Made by a program: the position numbers and the translations under genes. A DNA stretch of 61,370 nucleotides, the filler included, from Bipalium vagum (Eukaryota): the NCBI GenBank assembly GCA_037834085.1. It is 3 parts of 3 records of this genome, joined end to end, with 100 filler letters (N's around TTAATTAATTAA, not from the genome) between each part and the next. Parts side by side here need not be neighbours in the genome. Positions count along the whole stretch, not along the records: positions 1 to 18,484 come from JBBMKC010027618.1; 2 more parts are not named here. The stretch is one strand, 5' to 3'. A model generated the notes under the pieces. It saw nothing but the letters and a program-made list of their open reading frames with translations. It was not told where the DNA came from and searched no databases. This document shows positions 1 to 14,282 of this stretch, piece after piece; the first letter of the stretch is position 1, and each line of letters opens with the position of its first letter.

Positions 1-18
1 ACTAATTGCTTAAAATTG

Positions 19-75
19 TACCTTATATACCGTATGTACCTTATATTGGGTGTACCTTATATAGAGGTTCTACTG
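19..75. mobile_element. Terminus of a pogo/Tigger-like DNA transposon or MITE
   Basis: Reverse complement reads TA|CAGTAGAACCTCTATATAAGGTAC, a pogo-type CAGT terminus next to TA, with three subterminal GTACCTTATAT direct repeats. The rest of the element lies left of the window. Confidence 0.65.
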
Positions 76-1869
76 TATAATAATTTATTAATTTTCGCAT
101 TCTAAGTATACTTTTAAGCAACTTTCTTACCTTATTTTCAACTGTTATATCTTCATTTCAATAAAACTAATTAATAATTTCCATCTTTGTGTAGTAATAA
201 CTCCAGGCTTAGTTTTAAAATCTTTGTTAATGTTAAAACAATGCCGTACTTATCTAAAACAGTTTAAATATCGATCAATAATCGATGATCATTCAATAAT
301 TAACAATATGAAACTAAGCTTGTAAAAGTAGATATCAGAGCCCTGTTTTAACTAACATAAACATTTCTGCCACCTGTCCTTTTCTATATTATTAATACAT
401 TTATTATATATTTAGTAACTTTATCTATTTTTTTTACATTCCATTCAACAAGTGTCTAATTTGCTACTTTTCTAATCTCTTTCTTTATTTTTTGTCTCAA
501 AGATGGAAATAATGACATAAATAATAATATCTAGAGATAATATCAGGTGACTTAAACAAAAATGTCTTATTGAGTAAATTACAAGTTGTAATTATTGAAA
601 AGATCATCTTTCGATCTTTTAAAGGCTGACACAGGTCTCGTCAAACGATCAATTGTAACTGACTTTCTCATAGTCATTTCTTCTCATCACCATTATCACT
701 CCGCGACTTAACTGACCTAATAAACTTCAGACAAATATGACTGTGGTCTGAAATTGATATGGATAATTTTCATGAAAATATTATCTGTATACATTAACCT
801 AAAAACATGTCATCCGAAAAAATGATTCTTTGTGAGCAGAAATCGCTGTAAGCAATTTTACTCTGGAATAATAGGGAGTAAAGTCAGAGATAAAAGAATG
901 CAAGCATGAACTAAAAAAATAAAAATTCTAAATATATAAATTTTCATAATAAGTAAATCTAGATTAAAAAATTTAGGCCAAAAAGAAAAACGCCATGAAA
1001 AAAGTACATGTTAACATTAAATCCCTTTATTTTATGACAATTAGGGGCTTTGCTCAAAGTTTGAAGTTTTTGTGAAGAATTATCAGTAAAGAAGGCTTCG
1101 ATGAACATTTCTATGTCGAATCTCTTAAATAATAAATAAATGCCTAAAAATAATTTAGTTCTTAATTGATGGATAACAAAAAATATAATTGATTGGATTC
1201 AAAAAAAGAAAATATAACAGACGAATTTATTAGGTTAAGAGTAAATACCCTTTTACCTTTTCAAAAAGTGACTTTATAATTTAGAAGATTAAAGGTCGTT
1301 CATAATTATAATACAACCGACCTGGTTGTATCTTTAATCTAGGTCATGACCTATGTCAAACTATTTCATAATTAATTGGTATTACAGTAATACTATTACT
1401 CAACATGTTTTAAGTCAGACCTTAACTTATTATAAAGTAATAGTAGTATAATTACAAATATCAAATTGAAATGTAACAATAAATGTAATAGCCCTAACAC
1501 AACGAACGTAGTTGGATCTCGAAGGCGGCTAGCCCACATGCTAATTAACATGGTTAATAAAAGAAAATATAATGTTATCATGAGAAAAATTGAAAGTATA
1601 AAATAAAATAATAATAAAAAATAACCTGCCATTTATCATTGATCAGAAAAAATCAGAGGTCTTAATGATTTTCAATTTTTTTTAAGAATTGATAATATTA
1701 TAAAATGATTTCAATGTGAATTTTTTTATTGTAGCAAATTAAAATATTGATATCAGGTAGTATTGTTGGGTGATGAAGAACTGGTAACATGTTTCAAGAA
1801 AAATATGTAAAAGTGATGTCCATAAAAAAAAAGGTATATTTAAAAAAAGTATATTTAAAAAATAAATTA

Positions 1870-2044
1870 NNNNNNNNNNNNNNNNNNNNNNNNNNNNNNN
1901 NNNNNNNNNNNNNNNNNNNNNNNNNNNNNNNNNNNNNNNNNNNNNNNNNNNNNNNNNNNNNNNNNNNNNNNNNNNNNNNNNNNNNNNNNNNNNNNNNNNN
2001 NNNNNNNNNNNNNNNNNNNNNNNNNNNNNNNNNNNNNNNNNNNN
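1870..2044. other. Assembly gap (N run)
   Basis: Run of N bases. Confidence 0.99.
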
Positions 2045-2899
2045 AATCTCTGTTTCCTTTAATTGATAAATGAAAACTATTTTGATATGGAGAAGTGTTG
2101 AATGAATTTTGTCAAATGAAAATTATCATTACTTTTAACTGCTGAAGTTTTCTGAAACGATTTTCAGAGACAAAATTTTTAATCTCGATTTTTTAATTCA
2201 ATATTTTCATAAAATGAAATTATTTTCTCACAAATCACATTTATCAAATCTTTTTTCGAAATGCTTAAATTTATTTTAAAAATTATTCATGCGTTTTAAA
2301 TTAAATTTCTGAAATTAAAATTTATTAATTATTTTATTTTTTATTATCATTACTCAATATTTAGGATGAAATTAATATTTTTCACTGAAATAATCAATTT
2401 TTCCTGGAAATTTCGTTGATTTTTGTCAAATTCATAGCTTACAAGAAAAATTAAAAACTGTTCTTTTTCTCATATTTCAAAGACTAATAAATAAATGATT
2501 TAAATAACCGGAGTCAACATTAAATATTTACATTAAAATTATCTAAATATCGTTGGTGGTTTGTCAAGTTTAACCAAAATATTTTGATTATTTCTTACAC
2601 CAGGCTTTCATTTATTTATGTTATATTTCCTTTACAGATTTATTTTGTATTATTCCGTTCTACAACTGGTTCGTCGGTTATGCATATATTATTTTGAATT
2701 GAATATTATGAAAAGTCATTATTTTATTTATTTAAAAAAATAAATATAATTTATTCCTCTAGGGAAAAGGTTCAAAATATATTCATTTATACACTTCATA
2801 TTCATCCTATTCTTTATCACTTTTTCAAAGGAAAATTTCTAGTGAAACATAAAAGAAAATATATGCAGTTTTTGAAGAAGATAATTTCTTTTATCAAAA

Positions 2900-3450
2900 G
2901 GTGTTTAAAAGCATGTTCAAGATTCAGATTGTACAGGCGACCATCGACTATCAACAGTAAACATATAGTGGGCTTAATTCTAAAAACAAACAATACAGAA
3001 GAATGTTAGAGATGACAGCGTTGCTAATAACAACTAAGGCATCTTCGGTTAAAATTTAAAACTAAATTAAAATAAAAAATTGACAAAAAAACATTGGATG
3101 GTTTTCCGTCTATTTTCTTATGAAACCGAACGGAGTAATTCACTTTAAAAACAAATTATATAAGCCAAGGAAAAGGGATTCTTTCAGTTATATTAAACTC
3201 ATGAGCGTTTGTAAAAATTAAAAACTATCCAATACACAAATCCTGATTAAATTCGCTTCTGGAAACGTCGAGTCTTGGTTTGGTTGCATTGGAAAGGTAT
3301 AATTTATTATGAGTTTCTGTATGCAATGAAGCCAATAGTGTACAAGGGAACTAAGTCATAAAATCGATAAAGAACTGATCTCAAAGGATTGGTATTCAAC
3401 CGTTATTACATAATGTCTTACTTTTTAGTATTTATATGAGAATGTAGTTT
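2900..3450 (+). mobile_element. Highly decayed mariner transposase fragment
   Basis: Near 3278-3320 the + strand translates to VWLHWKGIIYYEFL (mariner VWWDxxGIIYYEL motif), followed by an LLH(D)N-like remnant near 3404. Many stops and frameshifts; boundaries approximate. Confidence 0.55.
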
Positions 3451-4769
3451 TTACCAATACTTTCACCGACATCTTAACTATTATTACTATAATAAAAAAA
3501 ATTACATGGGTTAAATTTGTTTTTTAATATTATTTTCTAAATAAAAAAATTTAATTTCTTAAATCCTTTTTCAAATAAATTTCCCATCATTAATTTTAAC
3601 AAACTTTCGAACATCTCTTGTTTTAAAGCATTGGGAATTTTGAAGAAATAATTAAAAAACTAAAAGGTTTCAAAATTCGTCTTAGAAACCTTTATCGTAT
3701 AATCGTGTATGAAATATAATGCACCTCGAAATCCCTTTCTTTTAAAATTTTATTTTTCCCGTTACTGTAATATTTTTAAGGCTCAAAGCACATTATTAAG
3801 ATATGAAATCTCATAGTCTTTGAAATATTAGTATAAAAACTCTTGTTATTCATAAAAATCTATTTCAAAGAGAAATGCTTTATAAAACTGAGTACAGTGA
3901 ATTATATAATTATTTTATATTGTTAGAACTTACATTTCAAAATAATTGGCGAAGAAAACAAATATACGAACGTTATTTGTAACTTAATTGGTAAACATAT
4001 TTTTCTATTATATTTTAAAAAAACATATTTTTATTATATTAACTGCCTTTGATTACTTACTTTTACCTTTTTAATATATCACTTCTAATATGTATGAAAA
4101 AACAGAAAATATTTTTATGCATATTAATCTAACAGTTGAACAATTATTTTTCTGTTTTTTGACAATTTAAATTATAAGTTTTTGTGTAATAATGTGTAAT
4201 TTTAATATTTTAAATAAAAGTTAAACTTTCTTTGTTTTAATTTTATCATTAAATATTTTAAAAAGTACAATGGCCTTCTTAATTGTTCGTTTTCTTAAAT
4301 GTCAATTTGAAATAAAATATTCAAAACTTTTAATATTTAACAAAGTAAACACGTTGTTTAAAATATCATACTTTGGCGGTATATTTATGCAATCCCTTGT
4401 AAAATTTGTTCATGCCAAAATCATTTTATTTATGTTTAAAACATTCTTTAACTATCAATATTAACTATCAGTACCGTTTATTATCAAATACCTTATACTT
4501 CAGTTCAAACAACACTTTATTAATCAATATATGAATTCTTGAAATATGGATAATTACCAACGGTAAATTAGAATAGTTTTGTTAGTGTATAAATTCTAAC
4601 AACTAAAGCGACAAGTTCTTGAAAGACCAGTCTTAGATTTCATTGTTATAAATTGGGCTCAAAAGGACAAAATAATAATAATACTAAGAATAATAATTAA
4701 TTAATAATTTTAGCTAATTAAAAAGTACAAAAGTTAATTAAAAAGAAAACAAGGCAATTAATTATTATT

Positions 4770-5296
4770 TGTTGGGATCTAATCTTGACAATGCCTAACC
4801 TAAATTGCCAAGATTAGATCAGGGTCCACCAGAAGGGACCGATTTAGGATTAATGATCCTAAAAGGGGAATTGACATTTCCCATTAATAAAATTTGTCTA
4901 CAACTGATTAGTCGTGTGTTTGAGTTCCCCACCAGAGGCTATTTCTGAGCAACTGTAAAGGCTCAGCTAATAGTCCAGGAAGCTTAAACGAAGCTAACCT
5001 GTAAGCTCGTTTATTTTATTTTCTTCTTGCTTATCTTATAATTTGACTATTGAATCATTTAAGAGTTTATTTTGTTTTATTTGGTCTCGTTTTATAAACC
5101 TTTTGTGCTTAATTGATAAAGACAATTGCAGAAATTTCAGATCTTATTGTGATCCTTGAGTTTGACTATTTTTGTGTAATTATTATCATTGTGATTTTAT
5201 GTTATAAATACAAGTTTTGCTTTACTGATTTTTATTACTTTTGCACCACCTTAGAGTTGGAGTCAGATTTAATTTTGATACACTAGTTAGTGAACA
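4770..5296 (+). mobile_element. Possible solo LTR
   Basis: Begins TGTT and ends AACA, with near-matching 4-bp flanks (tatt/taat) inside an (ATT/TAA)n tract. Locally higher GC and several hairpins near the 5' end. Confidence 0.35.
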
Positions 5297-5989
5297 TAAT
5301 AATAATAATAATAATACTTATTATTATTATTAAAAAATTTGAAATTATTTGCAAAAGTAATAATAATAATAAAATTTGATAGAGGCTAAAATTTTCAAGA
5401 TTGACATTGCCAGACTCTTATGTTCTTTTTACATATCAAGTTGCATTTTGATGTCCATATAATACAATATTTAATTAAACTTTTTTTCCTTACTAATTGT
5501 AATACTTATGAATTATTAATACAATTATGTTATTAATACACCTCCATTTCCATTTCAGGTACTCTTAACCATAACAGGAAAAAAAATTATCTGTAAAACA
5601 ATACATATCCCAGTTGTCCTGACAAAATTTGGTAGCTCTTCGTCGCCTTTCTTTACACTAAAACAAGTACATTTACTTTTAAAGTCTTGCGAAGTAAATT
5701 ATTTCATTTTTAGTTAGAAAGGATTTATTAAATTTTTAATATTATTATAGTAACGGTTGTATTAAAACCGAGGAAAAAAGTGCATGAAGAATGAAAGGGA
5801 AAATGAAAAATTATATTATTAATGACAAATAACATATCCAGTAAATGTAATACAGTCATTTTCCTTATATAATGATCACTATCGAAATGATTTCCTTTAA
5901 AAGATAACATTAAATCAATCATTGTGAGAAGGAAAATATTTCAACTTGCAGCACTTGACAATAAAACGTGAGCATGCTTCGTCTATGCG

Positions 5990-7004
5990 TTTTTCCATTT
6001 TCAACTACATTTTTCGATTTTTGGTACGGAAAACGGGCTTTATTACATTTTCTAGTTGCTGACTGTTGGTTGGCTTTTTTGAGCAAGTAATTCCTTCATT
6101 TTTTCCTTATGTTTTCAAAGGTATTTAAGTCTGGGGAGTTTCTAGGCCACTCCAAAGTTATGATGTCATGATTTCTTAACCAATGCCTTATTTTGAAACA
6201 TGACATGGTGCGGAATCATGCATGAAAATATTATATATTTTCCAAAGATTTTTTCAGCTGTTTATCCAGTAGGTTATTGTACGATTTTAGTCCACTCTTG
6301 TTTTTTTACCCGGATCATCAGGGAGTCTGCATGCTTCACTATCGGTTGTGTGTAATTTTCGTTGTACCTTTCACCATGTGGTCTGAGAACATATTGAGAA
6401 TAGTGTCAAAACTGGTTTATGCAGCACTCATCAGACCAGAACACTTTCTTTTAATCTTATGAGGTCTAATGTTGATAGGTCTTCGCCAATTGCAATCTCT
6501 TCTTCCGACTCGCTTGATTTAGGATAGACTTTGTTGCATACTTGAAATCTTTCAAATCCATGGCTTTGAGACGTCTTCTAATCCTGATCCTGTGAAGATA
6601 TATACCAGCATATAATAATTTCTTTCGAACATCTTCTGTTGAACACCATTGATTGAAAACCATAGATCGGCAAATTTCACGATCATCATAGGATGTCGTT
6701 TTCTTCGATCTACCACTTCTTTCTGCATCATGATAGGTGCTCGTTTCATTATACTTGCGTAACGCATTTTGTACTCCATATCTTAGGATATTTAATCTTC
6801 TTCAAATGTCTATCTGACTATACCCTTCTCTGGATAAGCATACAACATGTGATCTGAATTTCGGAGTCAACGAAAAAATTTTCCCCATAAGTTTCTAATA
6901 GTTTTTTAGTTTCAGATGTGTTAAGTTATTTATATTTTATAAAATGATAATTACTTAATTTATGATGATAATTTTAAGGTGCCCTAAACGTTTGCACACC
7001 ATTG
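5990..7004 (-). mobile_element. Decayed Tc1-like transposon
   Basis: Tc1-type terminus CAATGGTGTGCAAACGTTTAGG next to TA (7005-7006). Minus strand gives HTH-region ORFs (6466-6779) and EWPRNSPDLN (WPxxSPDLNP motif) near 6125-6154. Frameshifted. Confidence 0.75.
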
Positions 7005-10000
7005 TACTTATTTAAACTTCGTTTGCAAGTGATTTCCCTCAATGTAGCTTTATTTGAATTTTCATTGGCACAACAACATCGAATTACATCTATTTTCAAA
7101 TATAGATTTATACCTAAATTTAAAATATTTTTCACGAGTTATTCATTTAAGCAAAACCGTATTTTATGTAGTTTCTTAAAATATATCTAGATTTAAATAA
7201 AATATATTTTCATACATAATTGACACATAACAAGTTTTTTTCCTCGGTTTTGATACAATCTCTATATATTAAAATTTTCATTGAAATATTTACTGATCTA
7301 GGGCTATTGATAAAAGTCACTAAAATTAACAGATGTACGTAGACCCATTCTTTTGGAGATTATTATTTAATTTAGTGAACGTTGAGAGTTGATAGAGTTG
7401 AACAATTCCTTCCAATTCATTAGTTAGAAAAATGATTATGAAGATTCTATAGGATATCATATCAAAAATAAAGAAACTAATCTCTGATTTTTTTTAAAAT
7501 TTCCCTAACTATAAAAACCGTGTCCAGTTATTGGCAACTGTTTATTTTCATTAAGAAATATTCAAAAAAATATAAAATAAATACTTTATACATACAAGAA
7601 ATATTTGTGTAAGTCTTAAAATGTTTTAATAAATTTATGAAATGATACTAATAAAAGAGAAATAAATATAGCAATATTTAACCTAGGAAAATAAATTATG
7701 ATAATAAAAAATACTTTAATTAAATTAATAATTAATAATAATATTTAAATTTTTCATAAGTCGTTAATGATATCATATCAAATAAATATCTTATTTTAAA
7801 AATTAAATATAATATCTTACCTCTTCCAAAATATTTAAGAATTTAAAGACAAATCGAATCTTTAATGGTAAAATGTAAATAAAACATGATATATATTTAA
7901 TAAAGTAATATTACAATTATATAATCTTATTAATATTACTTAAAATAGAGTAACCAACAGGTTTTACAAGAACTGTACTTCATTGTCCTAGAGGCAAAAA
8001 ATAAGAGAATTTAATTATAATAATAATAATGGAAATATTGTTGTTGTACTTATATAAATACATGAATGATATTTTATCTTTTCTTTTCATTTTAAACAAA
8101 GACTTTAGAGGTGTCTTAGAACAGAAAAATAAAATAATAAATGCAGCTGTTTCTTAGATTTATAATTAACTATATAATTAAAACGTATTTTATCTACTGT
8201 TCGTTTGATAATTGCTAATTTTTCGAAATATTTATATAATATAATAAAATTATAGGAAAAATTATGTATTTTTTTATATGAAAAATATGCTATATAAATT
8301 TTGGCAGTAATTCCCAAACACTTAGTCTAATTCTCTCTAATATCTTCTAATAATAAGAACTAATAGGATTATTGCATTTAGGAAAAGTTATTATTGAAAT
8401 GTGTTATCTTCCATAACGAAGGTGAAGAATGAATTATTAATTAAAGACATTATTAAAACTCCGTTTCTCTTAAATTGAATTTTGTGAATTGAATTTTTCA
8501 CATTTTAAAAATATTTCTGAGGATTAGTTTTTAACATAAATATAATATTTTTTGCAGAATTTTTTAGAAGATTAATTATAGTAGCATTTATTATTTTTGA
8601 GAAAATTTTAAAGTAAATTTTTAAAATTAACTTAAATCTTCCTTTTCAAATAATGTTTTGAGATTTTTATTTATTTTTGTAAAAATTATAAAAATATTAC
8701 TTTTTCATATATTATTATCATTTTTTGAAAAAAAGATTATTTACAAAAATTCTTTCGAGAACCTTTTGATTAAAAAAATTTGCTTTTAGCAGTTTAAAAT
8801 ATTAAAGTTTTAAAAATGTTAGTAAGCTACAAGTTAACGATAATATTATTAATAGTAATAACAATACATTTGTAAAATAATAATGATATGGATAATTTAT
8901 TAATATTTATAATTATTTTTAAATTGTTAAAATATTTATTTAAAAAGTATTTTGTTTATTATCTATATTTTGTTTTAATATATAATTTAATTTTATTAAG
9001 ATTTATCTTTTATTAAGATTGATTTATTAATAATTGATTTATTAAATTATATTAATTTTAATAATGTTGATCGTCAAAGAAAAACATTTTTTCGGTAATC
9101 TTTCAGTTAAGCGGCGTAAAATACTGTATGGCATCAAAAATCTTACACATTTTTACTATGCATTTTTCGTCAACATTTTCTGTCTTTATTTGTAGTCTTG
9201 CTCACCAGTACACGCTTTGAATGGTATATTCTTAGATTAAAAGTAGTCTTTATTCAAATATCTTGGTCATGTTTAATTAACTCCGTTCAGAAACTGATGT
9301 CAATTTTACACAGTCTAACTGAAGAGTTATATTTTTTATAAAATAAACAAGTTTTATTTGTACTTAAAAATATTTTTAATAAAATTGTGGATTTTAATCA
9401 AAAAAATCTAGCAAATCAATTATTATTATAAATAACAAAAAAATTTAAAAACAAAGCAGCAATTTATTTTTCCGGACTTCTATAACACTGTTTTGTTCTT
9501 ATATGAATACATAAATGGTTATGTATATATAATGAATATATAAATACATATAAAATAATATAAAGATTATATATATCGACTTAAACAAAGAAAAGTAAAT
9601 AGAACTTATAATAATGTATTATAAATTTAAACAAAATCATTTTCAGTTTGGGATTACAAACTTCCTGTTTGGTGTAGTAGGGAAATTGAAATAATGAGGA
9701 TTATCTTTATGAAACTGTCACTTACAATATTAAATTCAATATCTTATCTTCAAATTAAATGGACATTCATTTTCGAATTGGCATAACATATCAGAAAGAT
9801 TTTATTATATTATTTATTATTTATCTAGAACAAAATAAACTGCCTACAAATGTTCACTAAATTAAAAATTAACATTATCTAAAGATTGTTTCTCTCTTCA
9901 TCATTTTTAAATGAGGCGGGAGATCTCGTAAGATTTTTTATCTTCTGTAAAACGGTAAAGGCTATTATTATCGTTAAAGGGCTCTTCCAAACAACTATCA

Positions 10001-10361
10001 ATTTAATAGTGATTTTTACAGAAGAAAAAGCCCTTCGAATAATAAAAGCTTGAGATTGATGTATATATTTGGTGTAACAGTGTCAAAATTATCAAAAATT
10101 TGTTAGTTTTTCAGTTGATCTAAAATATATAGTTTTAATGTAATTCAAAGGAAATACAGACACTCGTTAAGGACAATATTTGACGCCCTACAGAGTTAAA
10201 CCAACGAATTTTGTCTAGATGAGTGAATCCACCTACTGCTTATAAAAAAATACAAAATGAGGGGAAAAGGATATTTTACTTAATCAAAATACAAAAAAAA
10301 ATTGATAATAATTAATAATTTTTTTTTAAAAATGTGCAGTATACATAAATAAGTTTAATTA

Positions 10362-11453
10362 TTAGGTATTGGAAATATTTTCGATCGTTTTGTTATAGAT
10401 TAATTATTATTATAAATATCGTGTATTTGTAATTGAAAATAAAACTTGAAAGTAATATTGTTATATATTTATAAGATATCAATAGTTAGTATTTGTTTTA
10501 ACTGATTAAATTGCTTATTTATTTTAGTGAAAATACAAAATCATAGACTAATAAAACAGCATTTGCTGGCATCATTATTATTTTGCCACAATTTTAAAAA
10601 ATCAGCAGTCGAAGCCCATAAAATAATAATAAAAGCCTTGGGTGAATATGCATTGTTCGAACCAACATGCCGAGAATGGTACTGACGATTAAGGACAGAT
10701 GACTTTAGCACCAAAAACAAAGAACGTTCAGGACAACCAAAGAAGTTTGAAGATAATGGTTTATGACAAATTATCAAAGAAAAGTCATGCCAGAAGCTTG
10801 AAGAAAATCTGGTAGACGGATGCAAGCATTGGAAATGATCAAAAAGCATGGAAAATGAATATCATATGAAAGGAATATCAACTGAAAGGCAGCATAAAAA
10901 CTGTTTGCGAAATGTTACTTAACTTATTTTTACATCGAATTATAACTGGTGATGAAAAAATCATGAACAATGTCCGGAAAACCATCAGCATCGACAGTAC
11001 AAAGATTGATATCAGCAGCAATTTAAGTCGACCAATAAGTACCAAGAAACAACAATATTGTCTAAGATATGATCAGATCATTTTCCAACACGATAACGGC
11101 AGACCATATTTTGCAAAACCATATAAAGAAAAATTGAAGACTTGGCTGAAAGTCTACGTTATCCGATTACTCACCAAATATGGTGCCATATGACTTCCAA
11201 ATGTTTCAAAGGAATGTCTAGCATTCTCTTGATGGATAGGCCTTCAATTCTTATGTAGATGTCAAATAATGGATAGATCAACGAATTGATTCAAAGGATC
11301 AAGATTTATTTTACCGCGGAATTTTTTTTGTCGGAAAGATGGTCAAAAGGTGTTCCCACCAACGAAAAACATTTTGACTGAAATAAATGTTTCGTTATCT
11401 TTAAATAGAATACTTTATTTTCTTAAAAAATGGGAATTAATTCACATACCCAA
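10362..11453 (+). mobile_element. Near full-length decayed mariner transposon
   Basis: Degenerate TIRs flanked by TA. Motifs KKSAVEAH, KERSGQPKKFED, IITGDEK and IFQHDNGRPY are spread across frames. Confidence 0.85.
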
Positions 11454-12140
11454 TAATAAAATTACATTGTATTTATCTTTATACCAAAGATGTAATTACA
11501 AATGTAACATCTTGATATATTGTTGTGATTATTAAATTATCAAAGCACAAGTAGTGCATGAGTTTAAAAAATCTACGTCTAAAGCAGAATCAATCAAATA
11601 GCAAAAATCAACCAAATTAAAAAAACTTAATTTTATGGTGTGAAATAATGTTTTAAATCAAATAAATGGTTGTAAATTTTAAAAATTACATTGAAATTAT
11701 GCATTTCTTCTAAATAAATGGTGTTATGAATGGTGAAAATAAGTATAATAACAAAAGTTAACATTTTTCTGTTTCTCAGGATCAAAAAATTAAAACGTTT
11801 ACGGAAATTTAATTTTCTATCCGGATTATTAAATTATAAAATAATAAATAAATAAATCTAGTTAAGCAAAAAAATATATTCTTAAGGATTATAAATATCT
11901 TCAAACAAAATCTTGTCTACAATTTATAACTCAAATAGCTAATGTTAATTTTTATTAATATTTTAATTTTTTAAAAATAATTACAAAATAACAAGATTTT
12001 TCAGTAGATTGAAATTTGTTTTCGAAAAATATAAATCTGAAATATCATTCTTATCCATGAAGATTAAGACTCAAAACTTTTTAAAAAAATTCAATTTCTC
12101 TTTGATATTATTATGTATAATAGTATCAAAATAGTAAAAT

Positions 12141-12170
12141 TTATTATTATTATTACTATTATTATTATTA

Positions 12171-12226
<56 letters not shown>
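12141..12226. repeat. (TTA)n microsatellite
   Basis: Seen directly in the sequence. Confidence 0.9.
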
Positions 12227-12227
<1 letters not shown>

Positions 12228-12427
12228 TAGTCTTATTAATTAGAAGTAAAATAAAATATGTGATTTACCATTTATTTATTATCATTTATTTTTATTATTC
12301 CCTTTTATTATTTATTATTATATTTTTATTATTTTTTTAAATTATTTATTCTTGTTAATTACAAGTAAATTAAAATACGGGATTTTGAAATTTATATCTA
12401 TATTAAATGTTGAGTGAGAAATAAAAC

Positions 12428-12970
12428 CTGTTGATCTACGAAGGTCTGAATGTTGATGGCACTCATTTCAGTTTGGTCAGGGATCAAATCGATTTCTGAA
12501 TCAGGTCGTTCAGTAGTAATAGTGATTGTTAAGTCCTACTTAGGTCATCTAAATAATTATGCTAGAATTGTAGATATTGCTACTTGAACATCCAAAGGAA
12601 AATCATTTAGTTCTAATGTTTCCAGAAAAACGCCTTTAATGCGCCTTCTTTCAATCACTGTTACTTCTGAATTTTCATTAGGCACAGCACTCAACCATTG
12701 AGCTTCTTTTGTTTCACTCAGTATATTGTCAATGTATAATAATGGGCTCCAATACTTGTCTATGTCCAAAGTAGCCAGTTCCTGTTTCAATCAATCATTA
12801 TTAACATATATTGTTAAACAATGGAGATAATATCAACAAACCTCTGTTGTTTTTCCGTCTAATTTGGGCTCCCGCCATTTAGCCTGAATGAAGGCATCGG
12901 CGTGATATAATTCTTTGAGAGTATCAATTTCGCCAATCTTCAAAAAAACAATTCTCAGCTCTACCGCCAC
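12428..12970 (-). CDS. Cys-less (Pro-loop) pentameric ligand-gated ion channel subunit, extracellular domain, partial (3 exons)
   Basis: GT-AG exons 12970-12842, 12781-12584 and 12535-12428 (all phase 0; introns 60 and 48 bp) splice to VAVELRIVFLKIGEIDTLKELYHADAFIQAKWREPKLDGKTTE/ELATLDIDKYWSPLLYIDN...RRRIKGVFLETLELNDFPLDVQ/DLTITITTERPDSEIDLIPDQTEMSAINIQTFVDQQ. The WxP and FPxDxQ pLGIC motifs are present without the Cys pair. Start and TM exons were not located. Confidence 0.85.
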
Positions 12971-13121
12971 CTAAATAACAATATAAGGTAACATGGGATA
13001 AAGTTTAATGTCTTATTTTCTTTATTATGTTAACAATGACTCCGACCTTTGTTACTTTATATATTTAATCTGTTAATAAAAATTGTTTGCTTTTTTATCT
13101 GAAAACCTTTCAATTAATATT

Positions 13122-13435
13122 GTTGTTGTCCCAAAAGTTCTTGAGTATTTGAAACAATTATTTATTAAACACAGACAATACAAGTAATTTTAAACAAAAT
13201 AATGTCAATTTGCCTCTACATATTTCTTTCACAAAATAGGCAATTTTTCAAATCCCCTCCTGGACCAATTTTCTTGTTTTCCATCAAAGAATATGTGAAG
13301 TGCACTCATCAGGTCTTTCTCTTCTTTAAAGAATTGAGTCCCTAAGAACAGCTTTGAAGGTCCAGACATATGGTAGTCGGATGGGGACAAGTCAGGAGAG
13401 TAAACAGGGCTGCAAAGCAATTCCCATCCCAATGA
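13122..13435 (-). mobile_element. mariner 3' fragment
   Basis: GWELLCSPVYSPDLSPSDYH motif (YSPDLAPSD), with a TIR-like end near 13122-13150. Confidence 0.8.
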
Positions 13436-13439
13436 CGCT

Positions 13440-14275
13440 TTAGAAGCAGTGAAATTAATTTAAAGGGTAAAGAGTGAGTTGGTCGGTCCCAAGAAATGAG
13501 TTCAGACGAGTTGTAAGCACTTTCGAAAGAAGATTCGACCCAATCACGTGTAGAGCTTGTGAGAAGTTTACAGGTTAGTCAGAGCCCCGTACTTTAATGG
13601 TTACCTCAGATGAAGAAAATTTCATTCTTCATGAATTATCTGAAAACACCATGATCAGCCAATTAACAATTTGTCTTTCGACTCTCTGTAAACAAAACCA
13701 AAAGTCTTTTGTGTATAGAATTGTCAAAAGAGATGATAAGTTGATTTATTATTGTAAAGATTTTAATTAAATTCTGAAGAACCGGATCTTCAAAGCCAAA
13801 AATAACTATTCATAGTCACAAGGTTCTCCAGTGTATCTGTTGGGACATATATGGATTGTTTTATTACAAACTATTAAGACCATTTGAAACTGTTAATGCA
13901 GAATTATACGGTCGCCAATTGAGACCGATATATTAATTGCCAAACGGTCATATTTTCTTTTTCTTCTTCATGACAATGTCCCACCACATGTGGCATTGAG
14001 AACGAACGAAATCTATATGGGCTTAAAATTGGAAATTCTACCACATCCGACATATTCCCGGGATATTCTCACAATGGATATTCACCTATTCCCTTTCATT
14101 GAACATAGTCTTGCTGATTTACACATTACCAATGTTGAAGAGGTACAGAAATTCAGTGACAATTTTATTCAATCAAAGATCTTTTTCAATCGTGGTATTA
14201 ATCTTTTACCTGGAAGATGGGAAATATTATTTAATAATGATGGGAAATATTTTCGATTAAATGTACCACTTTATT
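13440..14275 (+). mobile_element. Decayed mariner transposase
   Basis: GRPQEMSSDEL HTH remnant, LLHDNVPPHVA, EILPHPTYSRD and RWEILFNNDGKYF motifs. Confidence 0.8.
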
Positions 14276-14282
14276 GGTTATA

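Noticed and set aside
1009-1538. Possible minus-strand solo LTR with small palindromes (ATACAACC/GGTTGTAT, TAGGTCATGACCTA)
   Set aside because: Boundaries are ambiguous, with no TSD and no second copy in the window.
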